Source: Marsupella aquatica (taxonomy: Eukaryota; Plantae; Marchantiophyta). From it: DNA of 64,000 nt. The first letter of the stretch is position 1; each line of letters begins with the position of its first letter. Positions 36,905 to 50,600 of this stretch are shown here, piece after piece. Made by a program: the position numbers and the translations under genes. The stretch spans positions 2,914,001 to 2,978,000 of the forward strand of contig OZ316896.1 of the NCBI GenBank assembly GCA_973895155.1. The letters run 5' to 3'. The notes under the pieces were generated by a model that saw only the letters and a program-made list of their open reading frames with translations, had not been told where the DNA came from and searched no databases.

Positions 36905-38610
36905 TGAAGCCTCAGCCAGCGGAGCACAAGAGAGAGGAGAAGAAAAGACCATGGAGGATTGAGATTTTTTTTACATGAAGGTTGAACGGGGGATCGAGAG
37001 GACGACTGTAAAATCGAAGGAGCATAAGGACCTCGTAAAGAAAGGACTCAACTTCATGCTGCAACAGAGATGTGCAGAGATGACCCTTTCGAGAATAGAA
37101 GGAGAGATATAAGGGCGATGCACGCCCGCAGTTGAAGAAAAAAAATAAAAATTTCGAGAGAAAGCGACCAGATTCGCGAGCAGAAACAGAGATTTCATAA
37201 GGACATTGACTAGGACTCCTCGAGGAGAATCGAGAGAGAAGGAAAGCAATTAAAGAAACATAAGCGAAAGAATGCTGCTGCCGAAAAAGTGAAGCCTATC
37301 ACAGGCGAGAGAGATCGAACAGAAGCAAAGAAGATTACGAGAGATTGAGAATTTTTTTTATGCCGAATGGAATAGCGAATCGATGGCGACGGCGATAGCG
37401 TGCAAACAGAGAGAGAAAGAATGAAAATCCTGTTGCTGCCGTGAAGAGCCATACTTTCACAGTAGGCCATAAGACCTTCTTCAAAAATCGAAGGAGAGAG
37501 GGGCGACAAATGCCCGACGATGAACAGAAAAATCTTGAAAGAAAGGACAAGCACACATTAAGCCTAGACAAACAGAATCGAGAAGAATAGAAGAGAACGC
37601 TCGCGACCACGCAGCATGGGTCCGATCGACCCAATCACTAAGGATTGATAATGCCAAAGGGATAAAGAAAAGGAGATAAGGGAGCATTGTAAGGCCAAAC
37701 TTTTCGGAGAGGTTAAAAGGAGCGAGTGATTCCGAACGTCGCTGACACAGAAGCGAGAAGGAAAGAGATTAATCTAGAAACGAAGACCTGTGAGGGAAGC
37801 CCGCAATCGAAAGAAGGAACATAGATACCCCTCAGCGAACTTGAATCATCGAAGAGAGGAGGAGATAAGAAGCAAGCAACGGCGAAAGGGTACCAGACTC
37901 GCGAGCAGACCGAAGCGAAGCGACCTGTGAGATTTCGAGGATTGACATTGACAGGATTCCTGTAGCCCGAATGGAGAGAAATCCCAACAAATTCGAGAGA
38001 CGATCATGGTTCGCAATTGAATAAGAATCCATAAGAACCAGATGGCGAAGCAGTAGACCCGCGAGCGAAACCACAAAACTTTGAGGAAGACCTTATGGCA
38101 GATTGAGGAAGCCAAAAGAAGACAAGATTTTAAGGAGAGCACCAACGAGGCACAAGGAGGCATACAAATCTCACAACATCAAGGCTCAAAACAACGAGGA
38201 AAAGTCGAACCCCAATCAAAACCGCTAAGTGCACGCCCCATAACTGCAACATAACCGCAAAACCTCCTTACGTGCATTCCGTAACAAAGGGAATTTACTT
38301 TACAAAGCTGAATATGCACATAACCAATGCAAGAGTAAAAATAAACCATAACTGCAACCCTAAGTGCACAAGTGGATAACTGCACAGTTTAACAAAGAAA
38401 AAAAGCATCTACAAAGGAAACTTTGCAGTTAAACAAATACCAAGAAAACCCTAAACCATAAGTGCAAAACCTAAAAAGGAATTTCCGATTTGCATGCGTT
38501 CTCCACCCAGCTCTACCATGCATGCCGCATAAATGTGCTTTGTCATTCCTAACTATACTTATTAGTATATAAACCTCAACCACACTTAAAAGGAATCCAA
38601 CCATCAACCT

Positions 38611-41600
38611 GTGACGAACCTCGAGAAACTCAACTTTCCAGCCCTTGACATCGATGGTAGTAACTACCTGGAATGGTCAATGAATCTTAGAGAGAACCTT
38701 ACATCGCTAACCCTACTCCCAGCGATAGGAATGGCCCAACCTATCCTTGTCGGCGAACCACAACCAGACCCATTGACTAAAGCCAACGAATCTAAAGCTC
38801 TAGTATTCCTGAGACGCCATATCCATAGATTCCTCCAGAGACAATACATGCACCTTTTGACCCCTCGGGAACTATGGATAGCGCTACAGACCCGATTCGA
38901 CCACCAAAAACTGGTCGAATTACCTATAGCCAGGCAAGACTGGCTAAATCTGCGAGTCCAGGACTTTACCTCGATATCAGCCTACAATAGTGAACTCTTT
39001 AGAATAACCTCAACCCTCGCACTATGTGGCGAGCCAGTTACGGACAAGGATCTGCTAGAGAAGACCTTGTCGACATTTCATTCATCGAATGTGTGGCTAT
39101 CAACACAGTATCGAAACATGAAGTTCGGGCAATACTCCGAGCTCATAGCCCACCTTCTAGTCACAGAGAGAAACCAAGAACTCCTTTTAGTTAACTCTAG
39201 AAAACGTTCTGCGGGCACACTGCCCTTAGGATCACAGAGTGAAACACATCTTACCGACACCGCTGAACCCTCCACATCAAGGCAGGGCATTAAGCGCAGT
39301 AGGAATGGCAACCAAAGAAACAACCCCAACAGGGGGAGTTTCTTTAACCAATGTCCACAATATAACTCCCAACGAACCTTTCAAGGACGCGGAGGACGAG
39401 ATGGACGAGGAGGACGAGGAGGACGAGGCGGACGTGGCGGACGCGGAGGACGTGGTGGTGGTAGACCATATAACAACAACCGTAGGAACGATCGGTCACA
39501 ATCCCGATAACAACAGGAACGACCGAAATGCCATGAATGTGGCATGACAAACCACCTTGCGAGAAACTGTAGAATACCGCAACACCTTAGAGATTTATAT
39601 CAACGGTCCATCCAGGATGGACAAACCTCAAGGCCACCACCCCGTGAAACCCACGGAGCATTTATGGAGTCTAGTGACCCATTCCAAGACTTCTCAGACC
39701 TACCCGCCCAACCCGAGGCACACTTAGTGGCCAGTAGCTCCACTACACCAGACTTAAATAGTCTAAGCACATGTATCATTGACAGTGCCACGACACATAC
39801 TATCCTCCGGGATAAATACCTTTTCCATATGATTACACCATCACATAGGTCCCTGACCACTATAAATGGTCCTAGTCAAATAGAAGAGGGCTTCGGCCCA
39901 GCTTCTATTAGACTCCCGCAGGGTACTGAAATACACATAGAATCTGCCATTTTCGCCCCAAACGCAACTCATAATCTCCTTAGCTTTAGAGATATACGAG
40001 CAAATGGGCTACATGTCCAAACGAGCGATACCAGAGACCAAGAGGTCATTCACTTGGTTGAAAATACCCTTAAGGGGAAAATAATTAAAGAGACACTTTT
40101 CTCGTATCCTTGCGGGTTTTATATAACACACATTGAATGCCTGCATAACAACGCCAATACAAGCGAATTGCATGCGCTATGGCATGCACGCCTCGGCCAC
40201 CTCGGCCAATCAATGCTAACAAAAATCATTAAGAATTCAAGTGGCATTCCAATCAATACACGCCACATCCCAGTGAGCACCCCATGCACTGCATGCTCAC
40301 GCGGCAAGTTAATAACAAGGCCCACGGCATCAAAATTGCCAACTAAAATACCCCAATTCTTGGAAATAATCCATGCTGATGTTTGCGGGCCAATTAACCC
40401 ACCAAGCGGACCTTTCCGCTACTTTATGGTTTTAATTGACGCATCAACCAAATGGTCAAATGTGACCTTGCTTTCAACGAGGAACATGGTAATACCTCGC
40501 ATTTTGGCGCAAATCTTGCGCGTGAAAGCACAATTCCCAGATCACCCTATTAAGACACTAAGGGTAGACAATGCAGGGGAATTCACATCCGAAACATTTG
40601 ATGACTTTTGCACATCACTTGGCATAGATGTACAATATCCTGTACCTCACGTGCATTTTCAGAACGGATTAGCTGAAGCGGTCATTAAACGCCTCCAGTT
40701 AATTGCATGCCCATTACTAATGCAGTCAAAACTCCCCGTCTCAGCATGGGGACACGCCATATTACATGCTAATGCATTAATCCAATACCGCCCATCGGCC
40801 TTTAATACCTACAGCCCATATCAAATTGCTAATGGTATTAAACCTGACCTATCACATCTTCGTTCATTTGGATGTCAAGTAATGGTCCCCATTACTCCAC
40901 CCAAATGAACCAAGATGGGACCCCAACGACAGTTGGGGATATACATCGGATTCGACTCTCCATCCATAATCCGATATATGGAGCCAACAACTGGCGACGT
41001 TTTTAAATCTAGATTCCTAGATTGCCATTTTGACGAACATGTTTATCCACAGTTAGTAACCCCTGAACACCCACAACCACCTTTGGAGTGGGAAAGACAT
41101 TCGCCATTTTGGCAAGACCTTAGAACGAATCAAGGGGAGAAAGAAGTTCAAAGAATTTTACAACTCCACAAGATTGTGGAAGAACTTCCCGACGCTTTCA
41201 TCGATACATCCCAAGTTACCCGCTCACATATTCCAGCTGCGAGAGCATCTGCTCGCATCGAATTATCAAGTGAGCCAGCAAGTACATCCCAACCTCGTGC
41301 AAAACGAGGCAGACCTTTGGGATCAAAAGATAAACAAACCGAGAAGGCGTGGCTCATCTATACCACCTTCACCTGATGTCGACCATACCAAATCTACATC
41401 CCATGAAGAGATCTCTATCCACTACGCACACACAGGTGCGATGTGGGATAGAAATACTACTTCAATAGATGATGCTTTTGCATTAATGGTGACAACACAT
41501 ATCACTGACGATACACCAGAACCAATATCCATCTTAGAATGCCAAAACAGACCAGATTGACCCGAATGGCAAAAAGCTATAAATGGAGAATTAGATTCCC

Positions 41601-43279
41601 TACTCAGCAGACACACTTTTGGCCCAGTCGAGCCAACACCGCAAGACGTACACCTAATTGGCTACAAGTGGACATTTGTCCGAAAAGGAAATGATAAAGG
41701 CCAAGTTGTACGTTACAAAGCACGTCTGGTAGGGAAAGGATTTACCCAACAACCGGGAATTCATTACGATGAAACTTACTCACCGGTTATGGATAGCACA
41801 ACATTCCGATACCTTATCGGATTTGCCATTTTCCACCAACTACAAATGCGACAATTAGATGTTGCAACTGCATATTTATATGGCACTTTAGACACCTGTC
41901 TATATATGCGATCACCTCCTGAGTTGGAGCAACGTCACCAAGCTTTAGCTCAAGGCGCTAAATCGCATATCCCATATTTACATAAGATTATAACACAATT
42001 ATCTCAAGTTACACCTCATGTGTCATCTACACATGTAACTCATAATAATGACACCGTTGTGTCAACCGTACGGAATACTCGCCGCGGACTAGCTATCCGC
42101 GTGTTGAAGGCATTATATGGCCTGAAACAAAGTGGCAGAGTATGGTATCAAAGATTTACTGATGAAATGATTGCCATGGGTTTTTCCCATGATGCCATCA
42201 CACCATGTTTATTTATTAAACATGTGGATGATGAATATGTCATCGTCTCTATTTATGTTGATGACTTAAATATATTTGGGACACCCCAATTGACAGAAGA
42301 TACTATTACTAGTCTTAAATCCACATTTGAGATGAAAGACCTTGGACATACAAACTTTTGCTTAGGCTTACAACTAGAGATCCTACCCACTGGCATGATG
42401 CTCCATCAGACAACACAAACTGAAAAGATCCTAAAACAGTTCAATATGAACCTAGCACACCCATTGACGTCACCAATGGTTATACGTTCATTAGAAAACA
42501 ATACTGATGTTTTTCGCAAGCGCGAAGAACATGAACCCATATTAGGACCAGAAACTCCATATCTTTCTGCAATAGGAGCATTAATGTACCTAGCAAATCA
42601 GACCAGACCAGACATTGCATTTGCCGTTAATTTACTAGCCAGACATAGTGCAACTCCCACAGCCACACACTGGAATGGAGTTAAGCACGTATTTAGATAT
42701 CTCCGTGAAACCACCGACACTGGGTTATTTTACCCATTCGGCACAAACCACGAGCTCATAGGATACGCGGATGCCGGATATCTCTCCGACACTGATACCG
42801 CAAAATCCCAAACTGGATATGTTTTTACCATAGGGGGTACCGCTTTTTCTTGGAAAAGCGTGAAACAGACCCTAACAACAACCTCATCGAATCACTCAGA
42901 AATATTAGCTCTACATGAGGCTAGTCGTGAAGCCGTTTGGTTACGATCATTTATAAACCACATCAACACCAAATGCGGCCTACCACCACTAACAAAGCCT
43001 ACTAACATTTTTGAGGATAACGCAGCATGTATACAGCAGATCACAAAAGGATTCATCAAAGGCGATCGCGTGAAGCATATAGCTCTGAAATTTTTCTACA
43101 CCCACGAGTTACATGGAAAAGAGATCAACATTTTACAGATTTCAAGTGCAGACAACTGCGCGGATCTCTTCACCAAATCACTACCGCCATCAGTCCATCA
43201 CCGACACTGCCAGGCGATTGGACTACAGAGCGTGCGACGCATGATGACTGTGGAGGCTGCTACTCCACATGATACTTGA
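38611..43279 (+). pseudogene. gag-pol polyprotein of the copia element, interrupted
   Basis: Gag with RGG tract and CHECGMTNHLARNC knuckle; PR (IIDSATTH); IN (WHARLGH, CTAC, HADVCGP, RVDNAGEF, QNGLAE); RT (YKARLV, LYGLKQ, YVDD); RH (GYADA, EDN, ADLFTK). Stops at 39508, 40906 and 41558, a frameshift near 41340, and a GTG start. Confidence 0.92.
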
Positions 43280-43582
43280 TGATACTGACGACATGCTGTT
43301 GACGACCGACTGATGAAACAGATGTTAAAACTAGATTTACTATAGCATCTAACTTTATTTTATATTGACATTTATTACGACGAGGACTGTTAGGCTGCAC
43401 TCTTTTTCCTTTAGCACTCATATTTTTCTCTGCTACACTGGTAGAGTTTTTACTAAGCTAGAGTTGATAAAGGTTTTTTAATGAGGCAGTCTACCTCGAT
43501 TGTACTTATATCATGTACCCCTATGAACATGATATAATTTAGGTATAGTCTATGTTGTCTATATAGTTGTCACTATATATCC

Positions 43583-43591
43583 AAAGGGGAG
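43583..43591 (+). promoter_or_regulatory. Polypurine tract
   Basis: aaaggggag immediately precedes the 3' LTR. Confidence 0.85.
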
Positions 43592-43698
43592 TGTTAGACT
43601 CTACCTTGACCGGAGGACCGGATCAACTGGTCATCCTGGCACCACCATATGTACCATTACCAAGACTATACTGAAACTATTGTTATCACCATCAAACA
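43592..43698 (+). repeat. 3' LTR (107 bp)
   Basis: Direct repeat of 36787-36893, followed by TSD GAACA. Confidence 0.95.
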
Positions 43699-44198
43699 GA
43701 ACATGACTTTTTGCATTTTAGTTCAATGAACACCCATTATAGTAAGGCTTTCCAATATGGGTTGGAGATGCTCTTAGGCAGAGGATCACACATATCCTCC
43801 CCAGTGATTGTTTTCTGTATATTGGGAGAGAGTTGAATGGTAAATACCTCAAGGTAAGGAGGGAATGTAGGGTGGGGCATTCCTAATTTTTATTAATAAA
43901 TTTAGGGACAGCTACTGTATTTTTTACTTAAGACTTGAGAAAGACTTAAGATCTTCAAAGATCTGGAGAATCCAATTACAGCTAAAAGGCAGATTTTGAT
44001 GGATTTGCCAGAAGTTGGAAGAGGTAAGAATTTGGCAAAAAGTTGGCCAACTGGTCCTGCCACAAAGAAGATTTTTCACTCATTGCCATAGCAAACAGAT
44101 GGTGCTCATGTTATCCTTTAGGAGGTCCCTCCACCACAAAGGAAGACCCAACGCCTCATACTAAGCAAAGCATTTTCCAGTTTTCCTTTTAAATCTAT

Positions 44199-44388
44199 CA
44201 GCTTTTTACTAAGCTGTCTCCAAAACTATTTGAATTTAGGATCCTGTCTCCCAAACAAATTTATTTGTCACAATGCCCCCCATTCCGTATATAGGTTAGT
44301 ATAAATGGGGGGGCAATGTGGAAACAATTTGTTTGGGGGACAGGATTCTAAATTAGGACAATTCAGGGGACAACTTAGTAAAAACCTG
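44199..44388. repeat. 190-bp foldback palindrome (probable MITE)
   Basis: Arms of ~85 bp (cagctttttactaag..aatttaggatcctgtctcccaaacaaat..cacaatgccccccatt and its imperfect reverse complement) around a ~19-nt loop. CAG..CTG ends. Confidence 0.85.
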
Positions 44389-46339
44389 TTGAATCTATTG
44401 AATGCGTAAGTCTCCACTCCTTCCCTTTGGCAGTAAGGGCGCTGTGGCACCATCCTCCTTCCCTCCCCCATTATGGCTCACCCCTACTTATGGAAAATGA
44501 CAGACAAAAGAGAAAATGGAACCTGTGCTTGTAAAATTTCTCGGCCCTGGGAACCTTGGGCATACTAACATCTTTCTGGGTCTCACAAATCTTTGATGTC
44601 CAAAGGACAGGCATCAGGCTAGGATAGCTAAACAAAAGTGGCTTCCCCACTGGTGTCCTATGGCAATCTCTTTTCGCATAACACCTCTTTTAATTTACAG
44701 TGGACGACAGACAAACAGGGACCACACTTGAGATCTAGGTTCTGAATGCTTTTGAAGCGACTGACACTACTTCTCTAAATCTCAACCCACCTCGAACGTG
44801 ATTTAGTCCCCTGTTGGGCCGCACTACATACTTTGCACAGTACTATTTACATTTTTTTGATGTACCTAGTGGCTAGACTGTCCGTATGAGTGCTTTGGTA
44901 AAACTTCATGGTACATCTCAGGATAAACTTGAGAAATAGTAGAACCAGGCCCGTAGGCTGAACTTAAAAGACCAAGTATTAAATATACTTAGGTTAAGAC
45001 AAACAAAATGAATAAGAACAAAATGAATAAGAACAAATAACACAAAAAACAAATCATTAAATGTCCCCCCTCATCTCTTTCCCCTGTCATCATCATGATC
45101 TGGCCTGAATACAATCTACTTACTTTAATATACAATATCGCCTTTTTGTGCTCATCCTCCGCTTACAAAATTCACTTTGGAGTGAACTCATTATGACCAT
45201 TGGATTTAAAACTTAAATTTTCCTGCCCATCAGATCTGTGTAAGGAAGAATAAAGAGGAGTTTGTCCTAGCCTGAGGCAAGGATCCATGGGCTTCCACCC
45301 ACACCTAGACTCATATACAAACATCTAGAAAAAGGTCATTGGGAATTTAGTTGACATGTGGCTATGATGAGTAGATGGGTCTGACAAGAAAATCTAAATA
45401 GACCCCACATGATTGCCCAATTCACGTAAAGTAAGAAGTATAGACAACCTACAATACAAATTAAGTTGTGAGTTCAAAAGGGATGATTTATAGGAAAGTG
45501 GAAAATAATTAAGTCTACTAGGAGTAGTGAAAACATTGTTTTTTTCTAATCTCTATAAAGTACTTTTTCCAGGTTACATTAACATTCAATCCTATATTCT
45601 TTATTGCAATAACCTTATTGACCAAAGACACAATGGCCCCAAGAATAAAATGGCCCCAACAACGAAATGGCCGGAGTGATAAATGATTGTAACAATAAAA
45701 TGGTTATAAGGACAAATGTGCAATGCAAGTTAGGGCAATGGGTTTCTATATATGTCAGATTTCAAATCACATTATAAAAAACTATCCCATCTCAAAGAGT
45801 TAGTGCAATCTACAAAAGTGGAAAAGGAAGAAACAAACCAATACCATCAATATATTTCAATGATTTTGACACCCTTGGATTGAGTGAAACTAAGGGATCA
45901 CCTATGGAAGTGAATACCATGGATATCTTTGCTCTTAAAGTAGGTGTTTACAAAATACATGTGCTGGCTAACTACTTTCAAAAATGACATGTGCATAACA
46001 TTGGTATCAGATTTGTTTTGTTTTTTTGCTAAGGAGAAGATAAATTTTCATTTTTCTGAGAGATCATTTATCTTTTGCTCCATGTTGATTCTTCTTCTCT
46101 TTCTTAATCATATTGGAAAGGGAGGGGGGTGCCAAAGAGCCAGGATGGGAGACTGGAAGGAGAGAAAGGAAGGGCACAGAAGAGGAGATTGAAGAAAAAA
46201 GGAAAAAATGTGAATTTATCTCCCTCCATATAGCTAAGGGCGACCACACTTGACCCTGTAACACCCCAGCCGCCCCCTGTCTTGCGTTCCCTCTCATGCT
46301 CTCACCCTTGCCACAACATTGCTTTCACAATAGCACCTT

Positions 46340-47644
46340 GGGACATACATTGCCTCAATATCTTTTCCTCAACTTGACAATTTCTCTTGCCTTGACATAT
46401 TTCTCTCAGCTTGACATCTTTTTATCTCCTCAACTACTTTTTATCATATTGACATGTTTTCTCTCCTTGAGATATTTTCCCTCACCCCAATGATCTTTTC
46501 AATCTCACACTCACATCTTTTTCTCACCTTGCCATCTTTCCTCTCTGCACCTTTTTTCTCCTCAACATCTTTTATCACCTCAGCATTTTCTCATGCACCT
46601 TGATATATATTTTCCCTTCTTGGCATCTCTACTCATCTCAGCATCATATTTTCATTTTCACAATTTTTTTTCTCTCATGGACATGATTTCCTCACCTTAA
46701 TATCATTTTCTCACCTTGACATTTTTTTTTCTCTCATTTAACGGTTTTCTCACCTCAACATCTTTTTCTCTCCTCGACATATTTTTCTCATCTCAACATC
46801 TTTTTATCTCCTCGATATCTTTTCCTCACCTCAATGTTCAACATCTTCTGGGCAACGCATGGGCATCGGGCTATTTGTATATATATATATATATATTGTG
46901 CCAAAATAATGAGACTTCACACCCATAAACTATGACAAATATTTCTATGGTTTTTCATCACAATTGTCTCACAAAATTTGACTTTTATTGTCCCAAAGAA
47001 AGCCTTGGAAGCAAAGCAAAGAGGGGGAGAGGCAAGGAGAAAGGGGAAGGGGGGGGGGGGGGCACATGGATGAGAAAAGAGGGAGGGAGAGGCTTCATCT
47101 TGCCCCATCTGGTCGCAGGTAAGGGGTGGAAAAAGTGTCAAGTTTATTTTCTCACCTCAAAATCTGTTGCTCTACTTTTCATCTTTTTCTGCTCAAAATC
47201 TTTTTCTCTCCTTTGCACACATTTCTCTCCTCAACATCTTTTGTTAGACATATTTTCTCTCCTCAATTTTTTTCTCATCTCAACATCTATCTCTCTCCTC
47301 AATATCTTTTCCCTCCTGGACATATGTTTATCATTTGGACATCTTTTCTCTCTTTGATATCTTTTTCTCTCCTCTACTTCTTTTATCACCTCAACATCTT
47401 TTCCTCACCTCGACATTATTCTCACCTTGACATCTTTTCTCTCCTCAACATCTTTTTGCTCCTTGACATCTTTTATCGCCTCGACATCTTTTCTCTCCTT
47501 GACATCTTCTATCACCTCGACATCTTTTGCTCATCTCAACATCTTTTCTCTCCTCGACATCTTTTATCATCTCAACATTTTTTCTCTCCTCGACATCTTT
47601 TTTCATCTCGACATCTTTCGTGCAATGCACGGGCAATGGGCTAG
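46340..47644 (+). mobile_element. Two tandem Helitron-like 3' modules with GACATCTTTT minisatellite
   Basis: Hairpin cgtgcaatgcacg (47619-47631) then CTAG|T (47641-47645). A decayed earlier end ggcaacgcatgggcatcgggcta lies at ~46851. Each end is preceded by ~19-bp gacatctttt(ctctcct) repeats. The 5' boundary is unknown. Confidence 0.7.
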
Positions 47645-50600
47645 TACCATATATAATACATTAGATTTTGTTTTGGTCTGTTTAGAACAAGGGATTGTAT
47701 AGAAATCAAGATTGCAGTCCATATTTTGTAGTCCATTGTATTGCATTGTTATGTATTGCAAACAAAAGTATCTTGGGGGACTTTTTTGGTCCCCGATCAC
47801 ATAGGACATAGTTCAGCCAATAATGTACAATGAAATGTGTCTAAGTACAAAATATGAATTAGTGCCATCTTCCAAGAATTTGCTATGGAAAATGGAGTCT
47901 TTATAAATGCCATTCGGGATTGTTAGATGACAAATGTGTAAGTGCTAAATGTCTACAAGTGTAGTACATAAATATATAGTCCAAAAGTGCACTTTGAGTT
48001 TTTTTAAGAGCATTTGCCTGTCACATGAGTGAAACTTGCAGTAATCTATTAAAGTTGCACTCGAGTACATATTGGGGCGTGTCACCGTAATCTAGTGAGG
48101 TCTTATGGCTGAAAGTATAGAGACAAAAATCTTATGGTGAGTATTTAGGTAGTCCATAAGACTCTTGTCCTGGCCATAAAAGGTACTCAGTTATGGCCAT
48201 GCTTTGACATGCCCTATTACATTAATTCACATGCTTTGACACGCCCTATTACATTCACTGTGCAGTGTAAGACATTCCTTCACTGGAGTGTTATTCTTGC
48301 GTGTAACTTACCACGAAGTGCACTGTGCATGTACCCCTAAGTTCACTAGGCTGTTACTTGAGAGTGCATAGTGCTTGTTACAAGTACATACTACGGTAGC
48401 ATTTACTGTCTAAAAAGTATGCAAGTAAAACGCACTGGTTGGGAAGTTGAAAGTCAACATGATCTAAATGAGCTTGGGTGACTTAGTTGACTAGGTTACC
48501 TCTAGAGGCTGCCTATGTGTTCCTCATTGGATGTTGAAAGGATACAGTGAAGCCCAAGGGGTAGAGAGGAATCTAGTGAAGCCCAAGGAGTAGAAGGGTT
48601 TCAGTTGTTAATCTTTGATTAGATTAACAAACTCTATCTCTTTATTTTCTTGTTTGAGATAGAATCTAATGTGTTTATAATAGGTTAGGATGTCAATCAG
48701 AGGTCTCACTCGAAGAGGGGTGTCATATCATGCACAACATTTTGAGTAAGGAAAACCCTAAAAAATGAAATACATAAGTATTGACAAGTATTTTTCACCT
48801 GTATTTTTTTTTTTTTCCAATCAATGGTTTTGAAAACCCTATCTTACTTGAAATCCTCAAAATTTGGATTAAAGACCCCTACATAGTGTGCTTCCACAAA
48901 AATTTATAAATATTCAATTATTGCAGCCTCATGCTTGATACATTAACCTATACGAACATTTTTATAAGTAGTCAATTTATATTGTTGTGTATCATGCTGG
49001 AAAAGAGGTCACTCTTTACTGTTGTGTGTCAGTCTAGATCTGGACAACTTCAATTCTCTCAGATTCATTATTAGATTAGTGATTAGTCGATGCAAGTCGC
49101 CAGCCTGGAGATTCGTTGTGATTGTCTTTCCTTTGCGAGCTTGAGCATGCCATTGTCCACTCAGTTAATTAATCCAAGCATTTTTTAATTGTTACGTTCA
49201 GACATTCGATGCATTCAGTAGAATTAAATGTCTGTCATGCTATAATACTATTGTTGAAGAGCAGCTCGTGCACAAGTTATTTTCTGAATAAATGTCGCCA
49301 ATTTTTCGTGTGTTATGCCGGGCAATTAAACATGCTAATAACTCGCTTCTAAAGGGAAAGCCCCGGGGAAAGCACGTACCCTTTGTCTGTCCCTAAACAC
49401 GAATGATGATCGGCTTCATACAGTCTTGGAGATGTCTGAAAACTCTTTGATACTATGGCACTCGTCGATCAACTGAGTACAGCACTGAGTCATAACAATG
49501 TCCATATAAATCGTTATCTTCATGGCAATCCGTTGATCATAATCCATATTCTTTTTGTTTCCTAATCCATAGTCTTACAAATGGCGAAGTGTCCGAAACT
49601 TCCCCATTTCTATTCATTCTACCTCCCTCCCTCCCACTTGTATGAGGCCCTCGCGCGGTGCTCCATATTTTCAAGAAACGCACCTAATAATAGATTTTGC
49701 TGGTCAACAATAAGCATCAGGAGGACACTGATCGTCGATCATGGGATTCTTTACCAACAATCAAGGATCTTCAGACTCAATTTCGGCAACCAATGTTGCT
49801 GAGTGAAAGAAATCATTCACTGACATATATCCTTTCTACAGGAGAACCAAAAGGAATTATTTGTTTCTTAACCTTTCTACAGATATGGTGTCACCATCCT
49901 CGATCACCATCAGTTAAGAAACAATATTCCTTCGAGTAGCATTTTATTGAAAGTGGCGATCATCAGCAGTCTGGGGTCCAAAGTACGGTCACACAACCAT
50001 ACTATGTAGACAAAACAACAGTATACATGTGGGTGGACGACATGTAGCCAACAGAGCATCTTGTGGCCGAGCTGCCTGGACAGATCACGATGCTTAAAAG
50101 CATTCAAGCTTCGAGACGTCACCTCTCGCCTAGATGTGTTGCATTGGATCATATTTCAGTTTATCCATTATAAACAAGAGATCCAAGGGTGAACCAGAGC
50201 TCGAGGTCAAGGACTTTATAGAAATTTTCCCCTCAAAGGTCAGGCCAACATCGCAAATGTGTGGTAAACCTAAGTGGGCTTTGTCTTACTTTCATGTAAC
50301 ATCTGCATTCCTCTGCACCTCTGTGCATTTCTCGACTGCCAGAGTACTATCTTACATGAAGCTGGCTTGCCAACCTATAAACTTGTGCATTCCTCGACAG
50401 CCAGAGTACTATATTACATAAAGCTGACTTGCCAACCTATAAACTTCAACGTACTGCTTGACAGCGCTTCTGAACAAACTATGAGCTGCGGAAGTGCTAC
50501 AAAAAGGGGTCGAGCCTTGGTTAGTAATTCTTTGGCTACACAGTTTCTGAGTATCTCGTCCAATACCTGGTATGGGAGAGCCCTGGCCAAGATTGAAAAG

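Larger units (their letters stand above)
36787..43698 (+). mobile_element. Full-length Ty1/copia LTR retrotransposon, Bianca-like lineage, coding region disrupted
   Basis: TG..CA LTRs of 107 bp and 5-bp TSD GAACA (36782-36786 / 43699-43703). Domain order gag-PR-IN-RT-RH. Gag start (M)TNLEKLNFPALDIDGSNYLEW, the PBS and the 3' UTR motif tgcactctttttcctt..aaggttttttaatgaggca all resemble Bianca elements. Confidence 0.95.

Noticed and set aside
36971-38607. Hydrophobic antisense ORFs in the copia leader (env-like?)
   Set aside because: Short, in mixed frames, and expected from the CT-rich minus strand. No conserved motif.
46932-47702. Phe/Leu/Ser-rich ORFs of 141 and 172 aa that look like membrane proteins
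   Set aside because: Translations of the pyrimidine-rich minisatellite.
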